DNA of 63,988 nt, counting the filler, from Octopus bimaculoides (taxonomy: Eukaryota), in the NCBI RefSeq assembly GCF_001194135.2. It is 5 parts of 5 records of this genome, joined end to end, with 100 filler letters (N's around TTAATTAATTAA, not from the genome) between each part and the next. Parts side by side here need not be neighbours in the genome. Positions count along the whole stretch, not along the records: positions 33,711 to 45,389 come from NC_068991.1; positions 45,490 to 61,865 come from NC_069006.1; 3 more parts are not named here. One strand, given 5' to 3'. Under the pieces are notes generated by a model. That model did not search any database. It saw nothing but the letters and a program-made list of their open reading frames with translations, and was not told the origin of the DNA. The position numbers and the translations under genes were made by a program. Shown in pieces: positions 38,851 to 53,679 of this stretch (positions are counted from its first letter, which is position 1; every line of letters begins with the position of its first letter).

Positions 38851-39684
38851 TTCCGGGAGACACGCAAATACACGGACAAACACACAGACACTCAGACACA
38901 TAGACGCGCGCGCGCATACACACACACAAATGTACAGATACATACATAAAAGGACATACACAGACACATGCACAGACGCACAGTTTCATAGATACACAGA
39001 TGCACACATATTTGCGGGTAAAGATATGCAAGTTGTATAATTTCAGGAGAGAAAGGAGAGATTTGGAAAAAAAAAAGTTTTGACTTTGGTTGATGAAAAC
39101 CAAACATTTTATTGATCATTAAAAGATGACTAGTCTTGAGGAAATTTGCGTCTCGTGTTAATCAATTAAATGCTGAATGGTTCCCCGAAGTTAATATTAA
39201 GCAAGCAACATCCGATTTGTAAGTGTCAACAGCTATCCTTTCGAGGTAATTACCTGACAACAGGGAGAGTCTACAATGCAAATGTATAGACTGATAGTAA
39301 CCCAATGTAGAAAACATGTATCGGATTAACAGAAAATATATTCAAAACAAGATTCTAATTGCGTAAGAATTTAAGAACTTTTTTTTAATATTTGAATACA
39401 AGGTTTTCCATGAGTCTGGCCGGGTATATTCTGCTTTTGAAGAAATTCGGCTGAGCTCACTTTAAAAGACATTAGTCTGTTTTAGAACGAGATAATCTAT
39501 ATAAAGATAGTCTTTATTCGCAATTCTATGGGAGATCTGTTTGAGCGAGTATTACATCATTCTTTTTCAGAATAAATTTGCTTTGAACCTGAAATCAGCG
39601 TTCCTCCAGGCACACATCGAAATACTTGCTTGGTATTATCTTATATGCCTACGTATATGTGTGTATATATATTAATATGTTTAC

Positions 39685-39729
<45 letters not shown>

Positions 39730-41173
39730 NNNNNNNNNNNNNNNNNNNNNNNNNNNNNNNNNNNNNNNNNNNNNNNNNNNNNNNNNNNNNNNNNNNNAAC
39801 ACACACATATAGCGTGTTAATGGATGATGAGTGATAAATATCTTTCGAACTCTTCAGTGAAATGAAATATTTGGGATTTTAAAGCTGCTAACTTTTTGAA
39901 CTTTTGGCATTTTACATTGTTTATCAACTTTTTCTGACGTTTTTAATGACCTTTTTTTCTTTTCAAACTGTTTTACAATGTCTACACAGCAACAATTTGT
40001 TTATGTTCTAGTTTTTGTGATAATGAGTTATTTTCATCAGCATATTCTACATGAATTTTACCAGAGCATTTCTACTCTTTAATAGGTATGTGGGTGGAGG
40101 GAAGCGTGTATGCGTGTGTGTCCACATGCGTCTGTGTGCATTAATTTTTACTCGTTTGTGAACCCCCAAAATCTTTGTGGTCCAAATTCTAATTTTTCTC
40201 TTCATTTTCAACTCATTGTGTACATTATTGATTGCCTTTAAGAAGATATTCTATATACAAGTAGAAGCTTCCATAAATCCATGCATTTAAGCGACCTTAT
40301 GTACATTTAAAGCGATTTAAACTCTTGAATTCTGGGCTAAAAGATTTTCTGGGCGCACATGAAATCTTTGTCATTAGAGAGAGAGAGACAAAATACTTCT
40401 AGGGGAATAGTTGCGTTTGTATTGTTTTTATATTTTGATGAAGGGTTGTGTTATAAGCACAGCGTGTATATAATGAACACATGTTGTAATACCACATTTT
40501 GTCTTATATGTGTATATATTTATATGTATATGCGCACACATACACATGATAGGGAGAACAGAGTGAAAGCGAGAGAGAAATAGTAAATGAAAACTAAACA
40601 GCCATGTTTAAAGATAACTTCAGAGACAAGTAAAATAAAATATTGTTTTATTAAATTTCTTCTTTGTTTTTCGAATTTATATTTNNNNNNNNNNNNNNNN
40701 NNNNNNNNNNNNNNNNNNNNNNNNNNNNNNNNNNNNNNNNNNNNNNNNNNNNNNNNNNNNNNNNNNNNNNNNNNNNNNNNNNNNNNNNNNNNNNNNNNNN
40801 NNNNNNNNNNNNNNNNNNNNNNNNNNNNNNNNNNNNNNNNNNNNNNNNNNNNNNNNNNNNNNNNNNNNNNNNNNNNNNNNNNNNNNNNNNNNNNNNNNNN
40901 NNNNNNNNNNNNNNNNNNNNNNNNNNNNNNNNNNNNNNNNNNNNNNNNNNNNNNNNNNNNNNNNNNNNNNNNNNNNNNNNNNNNNNNNNNNNNNNNNNNN
41001 NNNNNNNNNNNNNNNNNNNNNNNNNNNNNNNNNNNNNNNNNNNNNNNNNNNNNNNNNNNNNNNNNNNNNNNNNNNNNNNNNNNNNNNNNNNNNNNNNNNN
41101 NNNNNNNNNNNNNNNNNNNNNNNNNNNNNNNNNNNNNNNNNNNNNNNNNNNNNNNNNNNNNNNNNNNNNNNNN

Positions 41174-41247
<74 letters not shown>

Positions 41248-42089
41248 ATAATGGTGACGATGTGTACGATAACTAATAGGAAGGACAAGAAACAGATAGG
41301 GATAAGCACTGTTTAGCAGCCAACTTTTTATTCAGAGTTAATACGAGCAATCATCGCTCGTTTTGATTGTACTTAAATACTAATGTAATACCATGAAGAA
41401 AGAAGCAGTCGGTTGACAAAGTAGGCGTTTTGAAAGCGAACCGTTAGCTTTTGAATCTATGTAGTGAACTGTTGGTGGGCCTTAGCATGTCGGCTGGTAG
41501 AAGATGTGGTCGGAAACCTAACAAATACATGATCGATCACACTGGTCAGTCAGTCATTATATATCATGGATTCTTAGGTATGAAAGAAAATTAAGGACAA
41601 TGAAGATTACGTTACGACTAATAGTTGAGGTATACGGATTGGACTGTTTTGATAGTAACACAGAACCATGTTAATTATGTAGGTAGTAAATGGAATGGGA
41701 ATGAATGGCGTTGACATTCGTGATCGTTAGTCTGAGCTGATGCCATTGCTTGAAGTACAATCACCTGTCTAGCGACTGCACTGACATCTGTTAGAGAATC
41801 ACCAACAGAGTTTTCGGTATGCTTGAGATCGAACATGACTGTAGTAAATTCAATGATATCCGTCAGTTGTCACATTCATTTGGTATGGCATATTAGAAGC
41901 GGCAGGGTGTGCGAAACATGAATGGCTTGTGTTCTGTCAACATTTGAGAGGGTCATCACAGCAAAAAAATGTAAATGACATAAGGAAAGGTAAATCGCTA
42001 GCAATCTGTCGTCAAGTGTACTACATTCAATTTCCACAGTCCTGAATTTCCGAGAGAAATCTATATACTAAAGAAAACATTTTACTTAC

Positions 42090-42162
42090 CAGCATTCTTG
42101 TGTAAGGAGAGATCACGCTACCGATACGTGCTGTAGCTGAGGCTATACCCATTCCAGCATTC
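42090..42162 (-). CDS. Isolated internal exon of an SLC22/organic cation transporter-like MFS gene (TM11 region)
   Basis: On the minus strand: ctcttttaacag|G AAT GCT GGA ... AGA ATG CTG|gtaagt. Translation (R)NAGMGIASATARIGSVISPYTRML resembles the SLC22 RNxGMGxxSxxARxGxIxxPY motif; phase 2 to 0. Confidence 0.8.
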
Positions 42163-42939
42163 CTGTTAAAAGAGAATCCAACAGTAATTAATCAAAGAGA
42201 CTGTTTTTATAGAAACTGTCTCGAGACAAACAAGATGCCTAATTCGAGGTTATTATTGTCTATGTCGGTACTTAGTCCTAGGTAACCATACAAATCAATG
42301 ATGAATGATAATCAAACCATGACTATCCAGTGGTTTTCATTTTTTTTTACCAGTGCATCCAGAACCGCATTTTCCAATGTCTGCTTGCCATTTTCAAAAG
42401 GCATTGTGTGAAAATTGAGGGAAATTACGTTGATATTTCTAACTGGTCCGCTAATCACATATATTTTCCTTTGTTGGCTCATGTTGACGAATTTACCACA
42501 GAATGCAATTTTTGAACAAACAGTTATCACAATTTCCAGTCTCAACAGGGAGTCGTGATTTCTGGACCATGCAGCATAGTTTATCGACTGACCGACGTAA
42601 ATGGAAACTCCTTTCTTAGACACAACACTGAAAGGGTTTTTCCAATTACTCAGTTTTCCATTCCCATTTGGTGGAATTGAACGCAGCACAACAAATTACT
42701 GAAACACTCATTTATATAACAAGCGAACATCGTATATCATGAAAATGTTGGTCGCGGTCACAACACGCTGGTGAATGGAAGCTAGGACCTTGGCTGAAAC
42801 CATTTCACTTTATAAATGCTCCCGATGCTCTTTGAGGAAGAATGAGTATTCCAATCTCATGTCACTGTTTGCAATATGTATAACAACTGTAGGCCTCCAG
42901 TCAAAATATTTATATTCACTTTCACATCCTTCTGTGGTT

Positions 42940-43325
42940 GTCAACTATCCTGTTGAATTCTTAAATTCTTTGGAATATCCTAGACTCCTACAAAACCGAT
43001 GCCTATTGAAAGTAAGAACCATCATTATGCTATCATGGAACCGTAACCAGCCTTGGTTGTGTAATGGTACTAGACGGTGCCAAAAGTTATTGCCTCATTA
43101 CTTAGACCACTATTTTATCTGGTTGTTCTATGGGATATATTTTTATATCCAGAATACCCTTAATACCATCTGACAGAGAAATCCTTTTGCATTAAAAGGG
43201 CTGCGATTTCCAATAAAACTCACTTTTGCCATGTCTGTAAATAAATCACAAGGACAGACTTTATTTTTTCCTTGAACATTGTTTCTCACACGGGCAACCG
43301 TATGTTACATGTACAAGAGTTGGAG
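42940..43325 (+). mobile_element. Helitron Pif1 helicase fragment
   Basis: YPVEFLNSLEYP..LLKVRTIIML..N..LCNGTR, then FPIKLTFAMSVNKSQGQT and FSHGQPYVTCTRV. Confidence 0.8.
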
Positions 43326-45489
43326 GTCCTAGCCATGCTTTTGTTTATGCTTCTTCCGGGAAATCACGTAAGTCTGTTTATAAGGAACTATAGATTTACA
43401 CTAAATAGTAAATAAGCAGAAGAAATAACACAATAAGAATGTGAAGTAGTGCTGAAGGAATGGGAGGACCTCAAGTGGAATATAAATATGTATATAGCGC
43501 GGCAAAATAGTGTTATATAGGTTGTCAAAAGAATTTCTGTCTGTCTGTTTCTTTCTCTATCTATCTATCTATCTATCTATCTATAATCTGCTTGTTTGTT
43601 CGCCTGTTATACATTAGTTAATTAGAGAGGTGGAAGTGGAGCGAAAGAGAGGTGGAGTAAGAGTGAGAGAGGGCAGGAGGAGGAGTGAAGAAAGAAGTGA
43701 GGAAGAAGTAGAGAAAGGTGATTAATATCAATAGACTTAGACCAAATGGTCACGTGGTCAGCTGAAAGTAGGGGCGAAAAACGGGAGTAAAGAATGACGA
43801 CAGAGTAAGTGTGAGAGAGAAGTATAAAGGGCGTGCGGTGGTGTGGGGGATGAATACTTATTACATGATTAAAATGTAGGGAATGATAGATAAAGAGAGA
43901 TGAACAAGGGAGACAGTTATTTTGAGAAAGAGAGAGAGAGGGAAAAATATCGTTGGTGGTGGTGGTGGAGAGTATATATATTTTAAACTAATACATCACT
44001 TAATGTATACGCATAAGTGCAATTAGTTATCGTGTGCTCGCTGAAAAAAGTGATACTTATATTTATAAGGGTTAATTTAGCCTAAACTCAAGAAATACAG
44101 CACAAGCTGCTCGAGAAAGGATGCGTAGGTACAGAGCACGGACCAGAGAGGAACAGCGAGAAGATAAAATAAAAAGAAAAAAACAGCAACAGAGCCGTGA
44201 GAAAATGGATGTAGGCGAACGTCAAGAATATTAAAAGAAACCTAAACAATGAATGCTGTAAAAATGCAAATCAGCCTTTCTTTCTTAAATAGGTCCTCTT
44301 AATTTTTTCCTTCTGTGGAATTTACACCGGTCCCACTATTACACATACACACACACACACATTAGATGGGATGCGTTTGACATGAGTCACACTTATGTAG
44401 CCATTCAATTAAATGAAATATACATGTATATAAGCTGTCCTTTTAGACACTGAGTTACATATTTCTACTATTTGTACCACCTAACCTCTCACTCTCCCCT
44501 TCTCTCTCTCCCTGTTTCCTCTTCTCTATCTTTCTTTTTCTTTCTCTGTATTAACAATACATATATTTGTACATATATATTTACTACCTGAGACCAGACT
44601 AAAGACAGGATGAACCAACAGCTGTAAGTCTTTGAAACTGTGCACTGAAACTGAAATATACAAGCGAGTTTCTCAATAACAGATAGGAAACATGTGGAAT
44701 GTCACATCAAGGACTTACACTGAAAAAAATAGGCCCTCAGCTATTCTTTGCAAGAAACTAAGTGCTCCATGTTGGTGTAATAGTACAGTTTAGGTATGTC
44801 CCTTGCTTTACAAATTATCGGATAAATGCTCCACATAACTTTTATATTTTTTTCGGAAAATTTCTTCATATTTTTTATATTCTAAACACTGGTTTTTCTA
44901 AATTGCAAGTGTTTACCATTTTTATTTCATCCATTTCAAAGTACGTACCTTGTACTTTTTCATTTTCAAGTTTTTTTCCCCAGCAGTGTATGCTTTAAAC
45001 ATAACAGATTGCTGATATATACACACACGGACACAGAGACACAGATAAAGTAGTTGTATGCTGTCAACTTAATGTGACAGTCCCATGAAGGGAATACTAC
45101 TACTGCTATTTCGCCCTGTCAAGGCCGACAGGAAGCGGTGCAGCTTTCAAGGGCTAAATAGGGATTGATCGAGTCACTGCTACAATAGATTTTCCAACGG
45201 CTTTTTTCTTTTTCTCCCCGCTCCCTTTTGTGTCTTTCCCCGGAAGTGTCTCTGCACTGGTCTCACGAAGCTCTTTCCGGAATTCCTCGTGAGAAGTGCG
45301 TGAGGGCAGCCATATATCAGGCTCATGTGTGCTGGCACATCCGTAGCGCTGCTTCTAAGAGGAAACTGCACATATAATACATAACTTAGNNNNNNNNNNN
45401 NNNNNNNNNNNNNNNNNNNNNNNNNNNNNNNNNTTAATTAATTAANNNNNNNNNNNNNNNNNNNNNNNNNNNNNNNNNNNNNNNNNNNN

Positions 45490-45537
<48 letters not shown>

Positions 45538-45640
45538 TATATAAACTTGCAGATATATATATTTAAGACATAAAGAAGTATCTATCTATCTATCTATCGA
45601 TCTATCTGTCTATGAACATATATGTCTGTCTGTCTGTCTA

Positions 45641-45675
<35 letters not shown>

Positions 45676-45879
45676 GTCTGTGTGTGTGTATGTATGTGTA
45701 TATGTTTAAATGTGTTGTTTGTACAGGCATTTATATGTAACACTAAGTAAATGTGTATGTATAGATTATACATCACTGTTTCTATACTACTGTATGTGCG
45801 TGAATATATAAGTGTGTGTAAGCATATGTGCATACGAGAGAGTATTACTTCGTGTTTATACACAGACACACACACGCAT

Positions 45880-45935
<56 letters not shown>

Positions 45936-46233
45936 GCCTATACATGTGTGTATGTTTGTGCCTTTGGGTGTTAGTGTGAACATGCATGTAGTTCTATATA
46001 TGTATTTGTGTACAAATATGTCTATCTATAGATTATATACGCATTAGTGTTTTATATAGGATTTGTGTGTATATAAGTGTGTATTCGTGTGTGATTTACA
46101 GGAAGAGAAGGGTGGACGTGTAGGTGGGAGGCGATGTATGCATGTCTGCAGGATATTGAAAATCTATCGATCTATATATTCATTTTATACTTAACAATAT
46201 ACGCAATATGGATATGATCAGAACATAAGAAAA

Positions 46234-46294
<61 letters not shown>

Positions 46295-46559
46295 AATGTA
46301 TAAGAATGTATACGTATATGTATCTATGATTGCAGTCAAAATGCTATGTTGCATTTTAGGGCGAATAATTAGACCTATACACTCACTCACGAAAATTTAT
46401 GCAGTTAAATGTCCATATAGGACACATAAAGACACACACACACAAAGACAAACACGCACACATGCATATACAGATACATACATATAAACATATAGAACAC
46501 GCATATACAACATAAATTTGTACATCCTCGAGTCTGCTACAGGTTGTTTATTGCAAGTA

Positions 46560-46573
46560 TATGTATATGCATA

Positions 46574-46649
<76 letters not shown>

Positions 46650-46730
46650 CATATATATACATATATATATATACATATATATACATATATATATATACAT
46701 ATATATATATATACACATATATATATATAC

Positions 46731-46779
<49 letters not shown>

Positions 46780-46835
46780 CACACATATATATATATATAC
46801 ACACACACATATATATATATATATATATGCACACA
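46560..46835. repeat. Interrupted (TA)n/(CA) microsatellite
   Basis: Direct inspection. Confidence 0.95.
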
Positions 46836-47277
46836 TAGACAGAGGATTGTATTTGGGGTCGAAATTTGAATACACGTACACACACATGCATGTGTAAATA
46901 CATGAGTATATAGATATAAAATATATATAAATATGCATATATACATATATATATGTGTGTGCGAGTTTGTGTGCGTGCGAGTTCGCGTGGGTCTGTGTTT
47001 GAGCGCGTGCATAGCTCACTGACGCATAGTCATAATGATAAAGCTGACTAAAATTTCACACATTTACATCACATGCAAACAGATATTTCACTTATATGTA
47101 TATATTCACGCACACACGCACACACATACACACGCACGCACACACGCACACACATATATAAATATACATGTTTAAATGTGTGCGTGTTAATATGTTTGTG
47201 TTAGTGTATATCTATCTATTTATCTATCTATTTATTTGTCTAAACACACACACACACACACACTCACACATTTATAC

Positions 47278-47315
<38 letters not shown>

Positions 47316-47325
47316 NNNNNNNNNN

Positions 47326-47363
<38 letters not shown>

Positions 47364-47994
47364 TTATATACACGCATGTATTTATATCGCCACAATTATA
47401 TTGGTATTGCTTGAAGGTAGAATGGAAAGCAATTATGAGGTATTCTGTATAGTCCACTTCTACGTGGTCTATAATATAAACTTATCTTTTGTGATACATG
47501 TAGTGTGGGGGTGGGTGGGGGAGTTCGGTGCAGAGCAGTGTGGTGCAATTATGGCAATACAGCTTCCTATGCTACATACATACATGCATGTGCATATATA
47601 TATATACATAGATATATGTATTCAGGCACATAAGAGCTGGAACATTTTGCAACTATCATCTCGATTATAATCAATAATATGCAAACCTATATAGTTATAT
47701 ACATCCACAAATCTATCTATCTATCTATCTATCTGTCTGTCAGTCTGTTTATCTGTCTTTCAGTCTGTTTATCTGTCTGTTTGTCTATCTGTATGTCTGT
47801 CTATCTAAAAATCTACGTATTTGAACGTTTACATTCATACTTTCACACACGTACACACATATATTTATGTATATATTTATATATTTTTCTACGCATGTAT
47901 GTTTGTAATTTGCACATATCTATTATATATGTCTAAATATATGTATCAATGTATTAAATACGCAAACCACACATGTATATATAAATATATTATG

Positions 47995-48038
<44 letters not shown>

Positions 48039-48159
48039 TAGATTCAAATCCTTAAGCGCTGTGAAGTTATAAATTATGATGCTCTATAATCCTTGCACAT
48101 ACAACATACTATAAATTTGTTTACATAGGCATGTTTGAATCAATATTTATATATTTTTA

Positions 48160-48865
48160 TACAGGATGTCCGAAATTTCACTGATGGGTTTCAGTTTTCA
48201 ATAACTTCCTTAATGTTGCAAAAAAATGCATGAAATGTTGATACAGTATAAAGGACATACTGGAAATTAATATACAGAAGTTAAATTTTGCAACACCAGT
48301 ACATCACATATGAAAAAGGACATCGCTTAAATGGCTGCCATTTTTGGCTTCGTGTGTTCGTGCTCTTTCCATAACTTACACCATAACACTCTCAAGAGTC
48401 TCAGATCCCGCTTCTCTCATTTCTCTGTTGATGTTCTCCTTCAGTTGGCCCAGGGTCTTCGATTTGTTGACGGAAGCCCTCCCTTTCAAGTATTCCGACA
48501 AGGGCTAGTCAAGTCATGGGAAAGTGAAGGTCCGTTGACATTGCTGTAGCGGGAGATTAGTCTCTCTCTCCAAAGCATTGCCGTAGCAATTGCATTGTTT
48601 CTCTTGCGGTATGAGCAGTTGCCCCATCTTGCTGGAACCATGTGTGATGTCTACTTTGAATGGCTGGGTGCAAAAAGGTCTCAATCATGGATGCCTGAAA
48701 GAGAGGTTTTATGCCAACAAACCGGATTCCCTGGTGTAACAGAAGGAGAACATCAATAGAGAAATCAGAGAAGTGGGGTCTGAAACTCTTGAGGGTATTA
48801 TGGTGCAAGATTTGGAAAGAGCATGCGTATGCAAAGCCGGAAATGGCTGCTGTTTAAGCGATGAT
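48160..48865 (-). mobile_element. Tc1/mariner-superfamily remnant plus an inverted second copy of its 3' coding end
   Basis: WFQQDGATAHTARETMQLLRQCFGER and KTLGQLKENINRE...NGSHLSDVLFHM; TIR-like tacaggatgtcc at about 48160. Confidence 0.75.
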
Positions 48866-50185
48866 TAACTGACACGAGGGAGAGCTCTCACTTATGTTCC
48901 CTTCGTCGTTCAATGGCTGTTTGCGCTATTCGGCATCTCGCTGTAAATGAGACACGGGTTGACACGTTGTATTAACATCTATTTATCTACAGCGAGAAAT
49001 TTTCTCTATGACCAAATCCAGTTTATGATTTTCTTAGAGGTTCGAACATGCCTGAAGCATATTTGAACTGGTAACCAGTTTGTATTTATAGACATCACTT
49101 CTTAGCGTTTTCACCTTGTATTTAATTTACGATATATATAGTCATATTATATTCCGTGAGTAACTTGATAGAATACAGTATAAATCTCGCCCATCTTCAG
49201 AAATATCCAGTACTATCGGTAGTATTATTAGTTGAAGTTTGGGCATTAGTTGTATGTGAAATTGTAGTCAAGAATGGGTACGGCTGGACATTATACAGTT
49301 GCCTAAATATAGATATGTATATACGCGTGTGTACGGGAATGTATGCGCCTGTATCTATATGTGAGTGCATGTATGTGTGTACATGGGCATATGTAAATAA
49401 GTTTATGTGTGAGAGTGTATGTGTGAGGTCAGAATAAGAAATTCACGTGTGCAGCCAACCATGACGAACAAACCTGAAATACAACTACATAGAAGACCAA
49501 TCCTACTTAAATGCTAGCCTATACCATCTACTGTCGCGGTTGTTGATATTCCCGAAATCGAATTCTGATAGATTATAAAGGAAATCAGTAAAATATTCCT
49601 GCCATCGCTTCATACTACTTTCAAAATTCTTGTACAAATACCACCATCATTAGAGAACGGAAGAGTCACACTTGAGGATTTGGATACCAAAACTTGTTGA
49701 GGCCGCAACGTGTTCTTCAGTGTTTCTTATCGTATGCATATTAAGTTTCTGCAGCAATACAAGCTCATTATTTTTTTTTTCATTCTTCTTCATTTCCGTT
49801 GTAATGTTACTTTCAATTGATTGGTAACTCTGCTGGGCTTGCTTTAAGTATATTGCGGTACAGTCCTTGCTTTCGTTGTAGAAGGATGTTCAGTTTCTGG
49901 TGGCTTACATCAAACCAATATCTGTTTCTTTTTCTTGCAACCTAATGTGTTAGCCTCAAGCATAAACTTCTTACACGTCTCCTAGATTCCATCAAACTCT
50001 TACATAAGCATGGAAGAAGTCTTCACGAATAATAACACTTTATAATTTTGAAATGTCAATATACTTAAAAACCCTGTTCCCACCAATTCTTCGTTTTCAC
50101 TTTACTCGTAACTTTAACTTATGTCTTAAAATGAAGATATCACCCATATCAATAAGTATTTGTCCGAAAATGTCATAACGGTATT

Positions 50186-50780
50186 ATCTACCGATGGTAC
50201 ATGATGTTGCAGCTAGGATACTGTATAACGAGATCAGGCGAAAGGATAATCCCGAGGACAAAGAAATGAGAATCCAGAATATGGTAGAAGCCATAACTGC
50301 TCATAATAAGAACCTTAGACCTGGTATACGGATTTGGGATGTAGAAGGGAAACTGGGCGGAGTTGTGGAAATCAGGGGCCCAGCGGATGTGAACATGAAG
50401 CTGAAGATCAGTGGAAAAGAGAACACCTTCGCTGAACTATTGAGAAATCTGCAGTTACTCTATCCAGATTAGAAGCTCAAGTTTATACCTGTAATCATTG
50501 GGGCACTGAGATATGTAACACACTGCCTAAGTACCAATCTTGAGAAATTAGGCTTCTCAAAACCAAAAAGGAAGAAGTTGATTCGAAGACTAAATATCTA
50601 ATCTGTAGTCTTCGAACTTCATTCGAAGTGTAAAAATCTGTAAAACTTTCCAGAAGTTTATCATTTAACGATATATGAGCTTGTCTAGATATGGAAGTAT
50701 ATGCATGAGAAGACATACATAAAACAAAGCATACACATCTGCAAGTATACATACATACGTAAAACTAAAGATCAGCGAAA
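50186..50780 (+). mobile_element. R4-clade RLE retrotransposon 3' fragment ending in (TACA)n
   Basis: HDVAARILYNEIRRK, RPGIRIWD...VVEIRGPADVN..KEN..AELLRNLQLLYPD, KFIPVIIGAL. Confidence 0.7.
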
Positions 50781-51062
50781 TACATACATACATACATACA
50801 TGCATACATACATACATACATACATACATACGTACATACATACATACATGCATACATACATACATACATGCATACATACATACATACATGCATACATACA
50901 TGCATACATACGTACATACATACATACATACATGCATACATACATACATACGTACATACATACATACGTACATACATACATACATGCATGCATACATACA
51001 TACATACATACATACATACATACATGCATACATACATACATACATACATACGTACATACATT
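50780..51062. repeat. (TACA)n tetranucleotide array with TGCA/TACG variants
   Basis: Direct inspection. Confidence 0.95.
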
Positions 51063-51897
51063 CCCTGTTGTTGATGTTGAAATTCCAATGAAGGAGCTTT
51101 GGATCTGGGTTAGAAACCGGCACTTTTTCTGTTGGCAAGAAATCTTGAACTAAAACTGAATAATGCCATAAATCGACACACACGTCGCATATATATTTGT
51201 GTGTGTATCCTTGTGTGTGTGTGTGTGTGTGTGTGCGTGTTTGCGCGCGCGTGTGTGTATGCTTGTGTGTGTGTATGCTTGTGTGTGTGTATGCTTGTGT
51301 GTGTGTATGCTTGTGTGTGTGTGCGTGCGTGTTTGCGCGCGCGTGAGTGTGTATGTGTTATATAAAAATGTGTATATTTTATTTAAACAGAATAAGAACG
51401 TTTTATACGCCATCTTGGCAAACTCTGTTTGTGTGTGTGTATATGTTTCTTTGGATACCGAAAGAACGTGTTCTTTATAGAACAATCTTTAATAATCAGG
51501 GAGAAACAGAAGAAAGAAAAGAAACACGAAGAAACTTTTCAAAGCCAAAATATGTTAATTACAGCAACAGCATTATGTAAAATATCACAAAGGAAAAAAG
51601 TTAAAACAAATAAAAGAATAAATGAACACTATTAACAGCTGTTGTAGGAGCAGTAGTAATAGATGTAGTGGTAGTAGTGGTACTACTAGCATATTTGATT
51701 TAATTTTATAACCAACAGATCGGTTAGTATCGGGGAAATCTTCTCACTTGTTTATGTTCTCTCCGATATATTGGTTTATATTATTGGCACAAGGTTGTGG
51801 CAGTCTTTGATTTTCGTTCCGATAATTTTGTTTATTGCTTGGTTGATGCTGAAGGTTAGACAGTATTAAATCGATCCCCCAGTTCTTCACTGGTACT

Positions 51898-51928
<31 letters not shown>

Positions 51929-52557
51929 CATTATTATTTCAACAATCTTATCGACCCTTTTTTTTGCTATGATTTTTGAAGTGAAGAAAGGCAAAATAAA
52001 TATTGAAAACGAAAAAAAAAAAAAAAATCAATCAATGCTTTAAGATTCGAACTCAGAAGTGTAAAATGAACATAATTAATTATCGCAAGCCATTTAGACG
52101 GATGCTCCATCGATTTTGCCATTCCCTGCCCTTCCTGGTCCTTCTTTACTTTGATATATTAAAGTAACATGAAAAGAAAACTAAAATGTATTGATGTTTG
52201 TTTAGCTCACAGGTCAGGCTCCACCGAGTAGACAAGTGATCAAAGCTGTTACACCCTTCACCATCATTTTTACTGGTCCGTCTATCTATCTATGTATCTA
52301 TCTATCTATCTGTCTGTTTGTCTAGCTATCTATCTATCTATCTATCTATGTATCTGTCTGTTTGTCTATCTATCTATCTATTTATGCCAGTATATATTTT
52401 TGTTTGCTAGTCTTCCTCTCTCCTTCGGTCTGTCTGTCAATCTCTCTCTCTCTTTATCTATCTCTGTCTCCCTTTCTCTATCTATCTCTGTCTCTGCCTG
52501 CGGGCGAAAGCAAATATCATCTCGAGGTACAGGCCAGCGTAGGGATTTCGAACCACG

Positions 52558-52589
<32 letters not shown>

Positions 52590-52947
52590 NNNNNNNNNNG
52601 GGCATTTTTCTTGTTTCTCCCTGTCTCTGTTTCACTTGTTAACTCTTGTGGGTTCGAAGAAGGAGAATAGATATATATATATATTTAATATGAAACGCAG
52701 AAAACGTACTTCATAATATTGCGTTCTATATTATTACTATTATTACAAGACTATGGTAATCTCCGCAGCGTGAAATTGTTAGCAGCTCTGTTCTGTTTTA
52801 ATTGCATATATTAAATGGTATACATATATACATATATGTTTGTTTGTGTGTGTATATGTGCATACATCATGTGATATGTACAATATATATATATGTATAT
52901 ATAAATATATATATATGTATATATAAATATAGGTTTCCCCGTATATT

Positions 52948-53161
52948 CCTTTCTGCTCAAGGCACAAAGCCCGAAATTTTAAGGGAATGGGGCAGTCGAT
53001 TAGATCGACCTCAGTACGCAACTGGTACTAAATTAATCGACCCCCAAAGGATTAATAACAAAGTCGACCTCGGCGGAATTTGAACTCAGAACGTAAAGAC
53101 AGACGAAACACCGCTAAACATTTCGGCCGGCGTGCTAACGTTTCTGCGAGCTCGCCGCCTT
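52948..53161 (-). mobile_element. Full-length SINE with TSD
   Basis: Flanked by ggt(t/c)tccccgtatatt at 52932-52947 and 53162-53177. Confidence 0.85.
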
Positions 53162-53679
53162 GGTCTCCCCGTATATTGACAGACGGCTTGCCACCCCCAC
53201 CTCGTATATTTTCGTGATGTGAGTGCTGACGGATTACAGCAACGTACCTATCTATTTTTTCCGTTAAATTTAGGAATTAAGATTTCATAATAGTGTGTAA
53301 ACACGAGCATTTCCTGCATATGTTGTTTTCTAAAGTCAGTACACAATGAATGCTTTTCTTTATACTTTCACTCGTCAGCGTTTTTTAATTTACGCAAGAT
53401 ACACTTATTTGTATGTATAGAAGAAGGCGTATTTTGTCTTCCGAAGAGCATTGTGGAATATGGAAGTGATTAGTGAGTTATATAAAGCCATTGAAATTTA
53501 AATAAACTTCAGGCGTCGAAAATAACAAAACAAAGAGAGCCTAGTGTTAACTTTGAAATATTAAAATGCTCCAGAGATTTCTGGTTAGGAACACTTCAAA
53601 GATACTTCAACTCGGAACCGTGACGCTCAAATGTAATAAATACACCTTCAACCTTGGCGCTGCGTCTATCTGCGTCGTA

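Noticed and set aside
48890-49320. Small minus-strand exon-like segments (about 48893-48941 and 49220-49300)
   Set aside because: Splice-like sites are present but the translations resemble nothing recognisable; expected by chance.
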